This document shows positions 11,817 through 23,771 of a stretch of DNA of 64,000 nt, in pieces; the stretch's first letter is position 1; every line of letters begins with the position of its first letter. The notes under the pieces are model-generated. The model saw nothing but the letters and a program-made list of their open reading frames with translations. It was not told where the DNA came from and did no database searches. Source of the stretch: Octopus sinensis (Eukaryota); contig NW_021834251.1 in the NCBI RefSeq assembly GCF_006345805.1, positions 47,761-111,760 on the forward strand. Direction: 5' to 3'. The position numbers were made by a program, and so were the translations under genes.

Positions 11817-12327
11817 ATTGCAAGAAATTAAACACAAAAATGATTTCTTACATCAGAATGAACCCATAAATTTGGAAATCAGGCATCCGACTGACTCCAG
11901 CAGATCATTTGAATACATATTTTAATTCCAGTTTGGTGATATGGAGATTTTACCTAGCAATAATATATCGAAGACATCGGAATAAAGACTCTAGAAATTA
12001 TTTGAAAGTATTGTTATTCTTACAAAATATACGACGATTGTCTTCAAAATAACTGCTACTTGACCAAAGATTATGAGTGAAACTGGTTAGAGAGAATTAT
12101 GAAAATCAGATAAAGTGGTCTGTAGTTAGTGAACCGATATTTTTTTCTTTGCTTTGCAGAACGAGTTTCGATGTCCTGTATGTTCAGGATAATTATTGGA
12201 TATCTTGTTGATGGCGGCATTCACCCTCAGTAGAAATTATCCAAGAATTGATAGTGATAAGCGTTTTAAAACCGAAATATTCAGCGTCAATTTTTGCCTA
12301 ACTATAAAGGTTTGTGTGTGTGTATAT

Positions 12328-12363
<36 letters not shown>

Positions 12364-12665
12364 TAATAATAATAATAATAAAGGTTAAAATTAATTAATC
12401 GATTTATAATTAATAATCTTGCCAAGTAGTTCGGTATGTTAAAAGAACGTTTATCGGTAAACTTATAAAAAATGATTACAATTATAAACATAATTATAAA
12501 TAGGACTTAGCAAAACTGCTTCACCGCACTGAGTTGAGAATATTGCTGTCTGGGAGATATCTTATGGTAGTAGAGTAGTATTTAACTGCTATTTCTAAAT
12601 TTCGGTATGTGGTGAGCAAATTTTGCTGAACCCTACTTATAATTATGTTAATAATTATAATAACT

Positions 12666-12697
<32 letters not shown>

Positions 12698-14031
12698 TAT
12701 ATATATATATATATGAGTGTGTGTGTACTTGTAGAAGACAAATACAAAAGCAGAAGTTTCTAGAATTTCCTTGAGACAGTAGGTGGTGTGAGTATCATGT
12801 TGTATTGACTCGCACCCTAACCGGAAGTTGGCTATAAGGTAAGAAAAATGAGAATCGCTCGATGAGAGCCTGTAGTGAGTGGTTCTGCGTACTAAACGGA
12901 CAAAATTTTAAAATATCTGATTATTTCAGTGATAAATATTCTGTCAAGATGATCAGGATTTTTAATCGCACACCCACTCGAGCTAAACACAAGCACCACA
13001 GATAAACAAAGCATCAGTAAGTAAATAAATAAAATTTATTTTCAAAAATTTTGAAAATTGAATACATAGTGAAGTCGATAAACTAACTAAACAACAGAAT
13101 AATGAAATGTCAGGTTTGGCAAATTTTAAAATAAAGATGAGGAAAAAAAGTGGATGAAAAAAGTAAAAGGTGATGAAGTGGAGGAAGCAGGAGAAAATAA
13201 AGTTTATTTATCACTTAGTAAGTAGGAAGAAATGGTACGCGAACATGAACGATGTCAATCCCGGGAGCTAACAACATTTGCATGGAAGAAAAAAAAATGG
13301 AAGAAAAATGGTTTTTAAATAAAAAATAAAATTTAAAATCTAGAAATAGAACTACAAGACGATGAGAAAGTAAAAACTGAAAAACCGATCGACGGAAAAA
13401 AAAAAGAATACGAATACGAAATAATTAAAAAAAAGCAGTAAAAAGAAAAAGTGAGAAAAATTTGCAGAAATAGGTTGGAGGATAAACCGGTGTTTAAAAG
13501 TTTTCCATGTTTACAGAAATATGGAGAGAACAGCGGCCAGCAGGCAGACGAATCTGATAACGTGGTGTTTATACTTCATGTTGAAGTATAGAGATATATT
13601 ACCTTAGAGCAGTGTAAATGTGGAAAGTAAAAATAAGTTTTATACAAAAAAAAATATGGTAATCTAGAAGAGGAAATCTTCAAATATATTTTTAATATCA
13701 TCGTTTAAAATGGAAAGAGGAACAATCACGCATTTCTAGAAATTCGTATGATGATGAGAGGGAATACGTGTATCTGTGTATGCATATTTCTGCATATATA
13801 GGTGTGTGTTTGCTTGTGGATGTGTGCGTGTGTACATACAAATATATGTATGTACAAACACATGTGTATATGTATATATATACATATATATATACATGCA
13901 TATGTAAACATGTATATAGAGAGATGCATATGTCTATACGTATGTACTTGAGTGTATGTATGTGCGTGTGTGTGTGTGAGCGTGTGTATGTATGTATAGT
14001 GTGTGTGCCTGTGTATGTATGTGTGTGTGTC

Positions 14032-14068
<37 letters not shown>

Positions 14069-14223
14069 AATGAGGGTGTAGTATCAGCACTATATTTAGC
14101 TCGATATTTAAGTAAAAAAAATATTTTTCGTGACTTCGTAACAGAAAGGAAGTTGTAAGGTAGAAGAGAGAAAAGAAGATACAGGTAGAGAGAGACAGAG
14201 AGAAAATAATACATAAATACATA

Positions 14224-14263
<40 letters not shown>

Positions 14264-14415
14264 TGTGTGGGTGTATGCACGTATGTGTTCCCGCACACAG
14301 ACACACAAAAGCAAGTACATGAGAATTCAATACAGTGTAAGATGGTGTAGTGAGCTGAAATATTTAATTATGCGAACATACGTTTTTAATGAGAACATAA
14401 ATTCATGAAACTTAC

Positions 14416-14426
14416 CGCTTTTCCAT
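14416..14426 (-). other. Candidate 11-nt microexon ATGGAAAAGCG
   Basis: Minus strand: agttttctctgtttttgctcag|ATGGAAAAGCG|gtaagtttc; near-consensus acceptor and donor. Host gene unknown. Confidence 0.4.
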
Positions 14427-14519
14427 CTGAGCAAAAACAGAGAAAACTCCTCATGAATCTAAATATACTTATATTTACATATGGACATGGAAGATACAGT
14501 CTGTTGGGTATTATTTAAG

Positions 14520-15075
14520 TACGAGATGCATTCCAGATGTTTTGAGACTTTTTCAGTAGACATTGATTTCAATAAAGAACAAGACACTAGTCTCCGTCAC
14601 AAGAGGATCCACTTATTTTAATGTGATTGTTGTAGCATTACATTCTTATCGTGAAGGCCCCATGGAAATCTTCCAAACTGAATAAAGTCAGGATACTTGT
14701 CACAACTTCCTTCGGCCTTACCTCCACCATGGGGGAACAGTCAAAAGTCACAAGGAGCAAGGTGTAATCTACAGCGAATGTAAGTGTCAGTTTTCATGCT
14801 CACCTCTGTCACGTAGTTGACCACAAGGAAGGAAATGTGAACTGATGCATAGTTATGATGTATGTTCCACCAACCCGAGTGGAAGATCTCTGGCCTGTTG
14901 CGACTAAATCTTTTCTTGAACGTTTTGAAAAATATCCTCCACAATGTAGAGTGTCTGCCCAGAGAGAACCCAGTGAATATGGATGATGACCTAGGTGTCG
15001 AAAAAGGGTGTCTTCAAGTGCTTCCTGGGGAAATTACTTTGTCGGGCCTCTTGTGCTCAACTTTTGTAACTTAAT
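14520..15075 (-). mobile_element. Degenerate mariner transposon (DD34D region, C-terminus, right TIR)
   Basis: WNIHHNYASVH...HLAPCDF*LFP corresponds to mariner HHDNAPAH...YSPDLAPCDFFLFP; EDFHGAF C-terminus; ends gaatgcatctcgTA. Confidence 0.85.
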
Positions 15076-15128
15076 TCATCAGCAATCTGGAGCATGTCAT
15101 AAGATTTTATAGCGTTTTTGCCCAGTTT

Positions 15129-15378
15129 AGGCGCAGGTGTTGCTGTGTGGTAAGTAGCTTGCCTACGAACCACATGGTCCCGGGTTCCGTCCCACTGCGT
15201 GGCACCTTGGACGACTGTCTTCTGCTATAGCTCTGAGCCGACCAAAGCCTTCTGAGTGGATTTGGTAGACGGAAAATGAAAGAAGCCCGTCGTATACATG
15301 TATATATATATGTATGTCTTCGTATATGTTTTTGTCTGTGTTTGTCCCCCAACATCGCCTGACAACCGGTGCTGGTCT
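15129..15378 (+). mobile_element. SINE family 1, 5' two-thirds
   Basis: aggcgcaggtgttgctgtgtggtaag...gaagcccgtcg (TA)n ...tgacaaccggtgctggt. Confidence 0.9.
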
Positions 15379-15787
15379 GTGACATACTGGAGCATTGCGA
15401 AGAAGAGATTTAGTCGAAAGGATCGCGCCTAGTAATTGCTTATCTTTCAAAGTCAGCTACTTATTCTATTGATTTCTTTTGGCGATACGCTAACTACAGT
15501 GTCATAAGCAAACCAACACTTATTATCTAACACACTCACCGGTTGGATTTCCGCTCATTTATCATTTGTATATATTTTTTTTTCCAATGGAAGTTGACTC
15601 CCAACGTCCATTGACAAATTTACAAAAGCAACGAAAATTTTTGATGAAAAAATATAAATAATAAGTGAGTGAAAATCGAACAAGCGAGCGTGTTAGATAA
15701 TGAGGCATTAAAACAATATGACTCTCCGCGGACACAATAAAATTAATTGATTAGATAATATAAAATAATAGTATATCGTTATTTTTC

Positions 15788-16000
15788 TTTTCATTTATCT
15801 GTTTCAGTCATTGGAGAGCGATCGTGCGGGGTCAACAGCGAGAAGAAATTTTAGACGAATGAATCGACACCAGTACTTATTATTTTAGAGCCTATTACTT
15901 ATTTTAACGGTCTCTTTTAACAAACCACTAAGTCATGAGGACGTAAAAGCACCAACAGCAGTTGTCAAGTGTTTGAGGACAAGCACAAACAGAAACACAA
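15788..16000 (-). mobile_element. SINE family 1, 3' half, old and diverged
   Basis: tgtttcagtcatt...agtacttatt...ggtctctttt...ggacgtaaa...ttgtcaag. Confidence 0.7.
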
Positions 16001-16001
16001 T

Positions 16002-16035
<34 letters not shown>

Positions 16036-16047
16036 GTATTATATATA

Positions 16048-16272
16048 CATGGGAAAGTTTACAAAAATAAACAAAAGACGAAGGCAGGTGGAGTACAAAC
16101 AAACAAATGTATTAGTATAGCGCTTAGGAATGAAAAAAAAACAGTCTTTTACGTTTCGAGCCTACTCTCTTCGAAAGAAAGATACACAGAAAAAAAAAAG
16201 GAGAGAAAAAAGTTGCGTGTAGGAGCTAACGGTCTATCACGGCGTCCTGACTTCGGACAGTGGTCTGACGCG
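16048..16272 (-). mobile_element. (TA)n-embedded ~220-bp element, family A, with hammerhead-like motif (~16148-16182)
   Basis: Homologous to 35228-35398 and 44345-44548; minus strand reads ttt-CTTTCGA-A-GAGA-gtag-GCTC-GAAAC-GTA-AAAG. Confidence 0.75.
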
Positions 16273-16274
16273 AT

Positions 16275-16319
<45 letters not shown>

Positions 16320-16320
16320 A

Positions 16321-16470
16321 ACGGGCTTCTTTCTTTTTCCTTCAACGAAGGGCTTTGGTCGACTTGAGTCTATAGTAAAAGATATTTGCCCAAGCTGCTA
16401 GGCAGTGGAACTGATGCGGGAACCACGTTGTAGGAAAGCAAGCTTTTCAACGTACACCCACGCCTGCGCA
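16321..16470 (-). mobile_element. SINE family 1, head half, diverged
   Basis: acgggcttctttc...gctttggtcg...ctatagtaaaagatatttgcccaag. Confidence 0.75.
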
Positions 16471-16592
16471 TGAGAATTTACTGCAGATACATCCTTAATG
16501 AAAGAAATAGAGTAAAGTGCAGTCTGCTATAAGGAATTCAGTATGAGAGGAAAGATTGTCAATTGATTAAAATTACATTACAAAAAGAAAAG

Positions 16593-16652
<60 letters not shown>

Positions 16653-17220
16653 TGTGTGTGTGTTTGTGTGTTTTCTATGAGTGTATGAAGATTTTTGAAT
16701 ATACGTGTTTCTATGCATATAGTCCTATGTAGTTTATACGAATATGTGTCTGTGAGGAAAAATATATTTTATAAGGAATGTAGAATGCAAGACGAAAAAA
16801 AGGAACTATATATTTCAGCAGAGAAAAGCATTTGCTGTTTGCACCATTTAATATTCAAGAAGATGTCCTTTACGATGACACTGATGATGATCAAGATAAA
16901 ATGGACGCCAACAGCAACGACGTTGACGTCGAAAACAATAACGACGTTCACACTATGCTGAGGTATTGGAGAATGGGTATGACGGGGCTTTCACTAATGT
17001 GACGTTCCTAAGTCCAGCGGCAACGTAGATTTAATTCTGGTTTGTGGTTTCAAGCCTGACTGGTTCTTAGTATTGAGGTGTCAATAATAAGTATAATCAT
17101 TGAAGCATTATTTCTGCTGGTTCTTTCCTCTCTTCCCGTGATCCTTCTTCTTCCCGTTATCTTGTTATATACACACATATATGTAAGTGTCTGTATACAC
17201 AGAGATATACATATACAGGC

Positions 17221-17268
<48 letters not shown>

Positions 17269-17527
17269 GCATGCAAACAAATTTGCAGCGCACGTGCACA
17301 TACGCACTCACAAACATACACACACAAAATAATTTTTTTTTTAATTCGATGGGGCATGTTTACACTATGATATATCAACTGGTTGAACGGTACAAAAGTG
17401 ACTCGGGGGCTGAGAATTTCGTACATTGCATTAAATAGGCAAAGTGCGTCATTTATGATATGCATGAAACTCGCGGACCTTTATATACATGTGTGTGTGT
17501 CTATGTGTGTATGTATATGTATATATA

Positions 17528-17835
17528 TAGGCGCAGCTGTGTGTATGATGTTTGCTTCCCAATCGCTTACTTCCTGGTTCTAACACTGCGAGATACCTTG
17601 GAATGGTATCTTTTACTATAGCCTCAGGCCGTCAAAAATCTAGTGTGTGGATTATATATATATATGTATATATATATACGACGGGCTTCTTTCAGTTTCC
17701 GTCTAGCAAATCCACTCCTCACAAGGTTTTAATCGACCCGAGGTTATAGTAGAAGACACTAGCCCAAGGTGCCACGCAGTGGGATTGTACCCGGAGCCTT
17801 GTTATTGGTAAGCAAGCTACTTACCACACAGCCAC
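17528..17835. mobile_element. Two SINE family 1 heads in opposite orientation (17528-17652 +, 17678-17835 -) around (TA)n
   Basis: Both match the family 1 head and CORE-like block. Confidence 0.8.
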
Positions 17836-18339
17836 TTCATTAATTCTCTACGGTACCTCGTGCTACAAGATGTTCAATTCGCCAGGTACCGATTGGTGAT
17901 CGCAATGACTTTCAACACCTCCCGAATGTATCGCGTCCTTTTAAATAACGCCGAATAGTATTCATTGCTGATGGTTAATTTCTGGTTCCGTTTTATTTTC
18001 TCTTGCCCTTGCGGCTACACAAACATATCGCTGACCAAAATGAAACAACATTTTCAGATACAAAACCACATAAGATATTCCACTGGAAGAAAGAAAATAT
18101 AGCCATCACGAGACACAGAAACACACACTCGCACACATATATGTATATATACATATATAAATAAATATATGTAAATGTATATACACATATGGGCGTGTAT
18201 CTGCAGATGTGTGCGTAATTCCAGAGAAAATAACGCACAGAGATATGAACTGAAAATATACAGAATAGGTACATTAACTCCTACATGGTTATGACGTGAG
18301 CTACACGCACAGGTATATTAACATATACTAATACGCACA

Positions 18340-18584
18340 AACATGCACTAATATATATATATGTATGTGTGTATATGTGTGTATGTGTGTGTACGCATGA
18401 ATATATACTTACTCATGCGGTCTCTTCGCAAATACATACTTGCATATTTCCATATATTTCCATGTACACGTGTATATTTGTGTGCGTGTGTATAAACGCA
18501 AACATATGCATGTGTACACTCACACACTATATGTACGTATATATACAAGTATACGTATGAATTTGTGCATTATATATTTATATA

Positions 18585-18658
<74 letters not shown>

Positions 18659-18880
18659 CATATAGATAGATATACATATATCTATATTATATATATATAT
18701 ATATATAGACATGCAAATATATATATATATGCATACATACATATATACATATATACATACATATATATATGTTTGTATATATATATATGTTTGTATATAT
18801 GTATATATATATGTATATATATGCATATATATACATATATATATATATATGTATCTATGTATATATATGTATGTATGCAT
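18340..18880. repeat. (TA)n/(TG)n/(GA)n microsatellite-rich tract
   Basis: Direct reading. Confidence 0.9.
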
Positions 18881-19560
18881 CAGTAGTCCGCCCAAAGCAA
18901 CTGAGGTGTACGAAAGTGGTAATGACAAACGTGGGGCTTGTAACGCATATTGGTTAAAGAAAAACACCGCATTCAAATGCAAATAGCTCGTAGGTAGTAT
19001 TTCGGACCCCATGCATAGGTGTTTTTAGCTATTTCACTTGATTAAACAAGGGCTGCCGGCCAAAAGCGCGAATTAGCGGCCATTTTGTTTTCTTCCCTCT
19101 CGTTGTGCTTTCGATATTATTTAGTATTTCTTAACAACTTTTTATATACGTCTCGTTTCTCTGGTATCTTCTTCGTATTTTCCTATCGCTTTTACATGTA
19201 ATTTCTCCCTATATCCTTATCTTCGTTTCTCTTATATTTTCATCTGCTTAACACGATGTGTTTCGCTTGTTTTCTTTTCTTTGTTTGGTGGGGTGTGTTG
19301 GGTATAGATTTCTTACATAATTCAATATTGCCAGATCAAGTTCGCTTATTTTCCTTTCTTTTGAATTTTTTTCCTCTCTCCTCAGTAAGAAATTTCTTTA
19401 AACTTTCCAAGTCTTAGCCTTTATTTATTTCATGTTTGGCTCGTCTCGTTTCTACTCACACACTCCTTAGTAATCTAATGGTAACTTGACTACAAAATAC
19501 ATATCTATCTACTACACACACACACACACACACACAGACACACAGACACACACACATACA

Positions 19561-19614
<54 letters not shown>

Positions 19615-19704
19615 CGTCTTCACTTCTATGGATCTTTCCTTTTCCTATGTTTCTGACGAAGAGCTCCGCTCGAAACGTTAACCCTGTCTTTTCTTCTTCT
19701 GAGC

Positions 19705-19708
<4 letters not shown>
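19615..19708 (+). mobile_element. Family A-related short element embedded in (TA)n
   Basis: Shares gaagagc...gctcgaaacg...ttcttctgagcg with 35228-35398 and 44345-44548; flanked on both sides by (TA)n. Confidence 0.7.
19648..19684 (+). ncRNA. Minimal hammerhead ribozyme candidate (canonical CUGACGA core)
   Basis: guuu CUGACGA A GAGC ucc GCUC GAAA CGUU aacc: intact core, 4-bp stem II, palindromic AACGUU stem III, weak stem I. Confidence 0.6.
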
Positions 19709-19802
<94 letters not shown>

Positions 19803-19811
19803 AATATCTAT

Positions 19812-20010
19812 ACGTAATCTCTAAACTATCGCGGTTGTTGCTTTTCCGCGATAGGTGAAATTCCGCGAAGCAGAAACTGTACTCTATGTATTTTTTTTAT
19901 TCCTGTAATTTATATATATTTATTTTATTATAAATGTGAAACAACAGCACGGAGAAATCGTGATTGATAAACCGCGATAGGAGGACCGTGATATGGCGCG
20001 GGATTACTGT
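19812..20010. mobile_element. pogo/Tigger-like MITE with degenerate TIRs and TA ends
   Basis: Left TAcgtaatctctaaactatcgcggtt versus right-end reverse complement TAcagtaatcccgcgccatatcacgg; internal ccgcgatagg subrepeats. Confidence 0.5.
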
Positions 20011-20044
20011 ATATATATATATATATTACATATAGTATTTCTGT

Positions 20045-20462
20045 TTCTTTTACTTGTTTCAGTCTTTAGTCGAAGAAATCGACCCCAGTGCTTATTCTTT
20101 GTAAGCCTAGTACGTATACAATCGGTAACTTTAGGCGAACCGCTTGGTTTAAAGGACGTAAACACATTAACATCGGTTATCAAGCGATGGAGGGGGGCAA
20201 ATGCAAGCACAAAAAACATACATACATACATACATATATATGTGTGTACACATACATATATATGTGTGTACATATATATATATGTATGTGTGTGTGTATA
20301 CGACGTGTTTGTTCCAGTTTCCGTCTACCAAATCCAATCATAAATCTTTGGTCTGCTCGAAGCTATATAGATACCTGGCCAATGTGCCACGCAGTGGGAC
20401 TAAACCCGGCACTATGTGGTTGGGAAACAGGCTTCTTAGCACACCTTCACGCATGTGCCTAC
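20045..20462 (-). mobile_element. SINE family 1, near full length, small deletion in tail
   Basis: Colinear with other copies; lacks the gactgcggccatgctggagcaccg block. Confidence 0.85.
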
Positions 20463-20638
20463 ATATATATATATAAATAGATAGATAGATAGATGAATAG
20501 ATAGATTGATAGATAGATAGATAGATAGATAGGATAGATAGATAGATAGATAGGTATATATGCGTATGTATGTATATAATTATATATATATATTTGTGTG
20601 TGTGTGTGTGTATGTGTGTATGTGTGTGTGTATATGTT

Positions 20639-20675
<37 letters not shown>

Positions 20676-20999
20676 TATTCTGTGGAGTGGAGTTATGTTT
20701 CAACGTGTCCTCTGATATATTTTGAATATTCTAGAGGCTTGACATATTCGGAAATTAACTGAAATACCCTTCTCCTCCAACTACCCCCCCCCCAAAAAAA
20801 AAGAAAACCGAAATGAACAAGAAGACGAATAAGATAAAAGGAACGATGACTCTCCCCGTGAAAGAAAGAAACAACGAAGGAGAGAGGAAAGAAATATAGC
20901 ATGGTTGGAATGAAAGACGCGGATTAGTGTTGTGAACATTCTATTTCCTATTCTTTTTCTCACCTTCACTCTTCTCGTTCGTCGTAGTTGGGCTTTTTT

Positions 21000-21926
21000 G
21001 TTTATGTTTTGTTGTTGTTGTTGTCGATTGTGATCGTGGTTATGTTGCTGTTGGTGATGGTGGTAAAGGTGGTGGTGGTGGTGGAGGTGTTCTTGGTGGT
21101 GTTGTTAGTGGTGGTTGTGGTATTGGTGGTGATTGTGGTGGTAGTGGTGGTGGTATGGTTATGGTAGTTGATGGTTGTGGTGGCAGTAATTGTGGTGGTG
21201 GTATTGGTGTTGATGGTGGTGGTAGTATGGATGTTGGTAATGGCGGGGGAGGTATTGGTGGTGATGGTGGTGGTGGTGGTTGTGGTATTGGTGTTGTAAA
21301 TGGTTGTAGGGGTTGTAGTGGTGGTGGTGGTGGTATTGTTGGCTGTGGTGATTGTGGTGATGTGGTGTGTGGTGGTTGCGGTGATAGTGGTGGTGGTATG
21401 GTAGGTGATGGATGTGGTGGTGGCATTGGTGCTGATGGTGTTGGTAGAGATAGTGGTGGTATTAGTGCTGATGGCAGTGCTAGTGGCGGTTTCGATGTTT
21501 ATGTATTTCCGGTTTTACTCGGTAAGCGTAGCGAGACTAAAATTTTGAAGAGAAAAGCATTTTTTACGATGTACGAAGGACCGAAAGGTGGATACATAGG
21601 TCTTCTGTTAGTGTTTATTTATCATTTATATACATGTGTGTATATGTTTGTGTGCGTCTGTGTGTGTGTGTGTTTGTGTGTGTGTTGTGTGTGTGTGTGG
21701 TGTGTGTGTGTGTGTTTGTGTGTGTGTGGTGTGTTTGTGTGCGGCGTGTGTGTGTGTTTGTGTGTGTGTGTTTGTGCGTGTGTGTTTTGTGTGTGTGGTG
21801 TGTGGTTGTGTGTGGTGGTGTGTGTGTGTTTGTGTGTGTGTGGTGTGTGTGTGTGTTTGTGTTGTGTGTGTGTGTGGTTTGGTGTGTGTGTGGTTGTGTG
21901 GGGTGTGTGTGGTTTGTGTGCGGCTG

Positions 21927-21969
<43 letters not shown>

Positions 21970-22010
21970 TTGTGTGTGTTTGGTGCCGGCTGTGTGTGTG
22001 TGTGTGTGCG

Positions 22011-22043
<33 letters not shown>

Positions 22044-22330
22044 GTGTGTGTGTGTGTGTGTTTGTTGTGCGGTTTGTTTGTGTGTGTGTGTTTGTGTGTT
22101 GTTTGTGTGTGGTGAGGTGTGTGTGTGTGGTGGTATATGTAATTATTGTTATTGTTGATGATGATGCTGCTACGACTTTTTTTGATGTGATGCTTTGATG
22201 TGTGTTGTAGTATGATGATGATGATGCAGATGGGATGATCATGATGATGATGCTGATGATGATGATGCTGATGATGATGATGTGATGATGATGATGATGA
22301 TGCTGCTGCAGATGATGATGATGACGAGGT
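21000..22330. repeat. Degenerate (GGT)n, (TG)n and (GAT)n low-complexity tract
   Basis: Direct reading; source of the Gly/Pro/Cys-Val/His-Thr ORFs at 21040-22431. Confidence 0.92.
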
Positions 22331-22742
22331 CGAAATAAGGAACATGATAGCAAAAATGAAAAAAAAAAAAAAGCAGGGGGGAAGGAGAACATATATATTT
22401 CTTTCAGTGTCCAGTCAACTGGTCTTGTCACTTCTTGTGATTTTCACCTGCTTACTGACCTGTCCTTCATTGTTAGAAATTCTGGTGTGGTCACACTTCA
22501 CTGAATCTGAATACAATGCCACAAAATTATCAACATATCTCACTCTTTTTTTTTTCTCTCTTCCTTATATTTCAGTCTTTCTCACCTTCTCACCTCCCTA
22601 ACTTCACACGCATTTAGACACACACAAATACACACGTACACTGAGAGACAACATACACATACACTGTCACAAACCAGTGTACACGTGAGTCGCCCCCTCT
22701 CTCTCTATGGAATATATATATATATATATGTTTTATATATGG

Positions 22743-22795
<53 letters not shown>

Positions 22796-23670
22796 AACAT
22801 AATATATATATATATAGATAGAGAGAGAGAGAGAGGTAGATAGATAGATACATATATTTATATATGCACATATACCACACGCACAGATACACATAAACAC
22901 CACACACACACACATACATACACCACACACACATATATATATGTATGTATATAAATATATATGCATATATACTCACGTTTGATTATAAATATATATACAT
23001 ACATGCATACACATTCCAAACAGCAGGGACTGAATTTAAAGAGATGAAAGAGAAAACACAACCAAACGAAAATAAAATGAAAAAAGAAACTCAAACAAAA
23101 AAATAAACACATGAACAGCCTATACAATAAGGATGAAAGTAGCCACTGGCCAATGTGGCATTAGAATGTAGTAGGTTAGGCGCAGGTGAAATATTTCATA
23201 CGGGTGGATATAGATTGATCAGAGCGAAACATCTCAAACAATAAAAAACAATTATTTGAGTTCAGGGTAATTTGTACCTACACATCTACACAATAGGACT
23301 CTGTTCTTGACTGAATATCAATGTGAATGTTGTTATTGACATATATATATGTTGGTGTTGTTTGTTTGATCTTGTTGTTACTGCTGTTTTGTTTGATGTT
23401 TAGCTCCAGTTATTTCTAGCGGAAACGAATTATGATAAATAGCGTTCCATCCATGACTTTCTTGTTATGTTCAGTTGTATTATATCTGTGTTCTGCATTA
23501 AAATACTGAATGAAACCATTTTCGTAAGACAGTTTGTATTTGATTAAAAAACATCAGAAGCATATATATATATATACAAATACATATACATATAATATGC
23601 GCACGCACACATATATATGCATATATAAGCATGTATATATATATATATACTTATATGTGTGTGTGTGTAA

Positions 23671-23701
<31 letters not shown>

Positions 23702-23712
23702 AATATATATGC

Positions 23713-23771
<59 letters not shown>

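Noticed and set aside
9100-17890. TCGCCAGGT recurring in three unique islands (~9104, 11153, 17879)
   Set aside because: A 9-mer with unrelated flanks; could not be distinguished from chance.
21155-22431. Longest ORFs in the window (347, 269, 239 aa; Gly-, Cys-Val-, His-Thr-rich)
   Set aside because: Translations of (GGT)n and (TG)n repeats, which lack stops in several frames at once.
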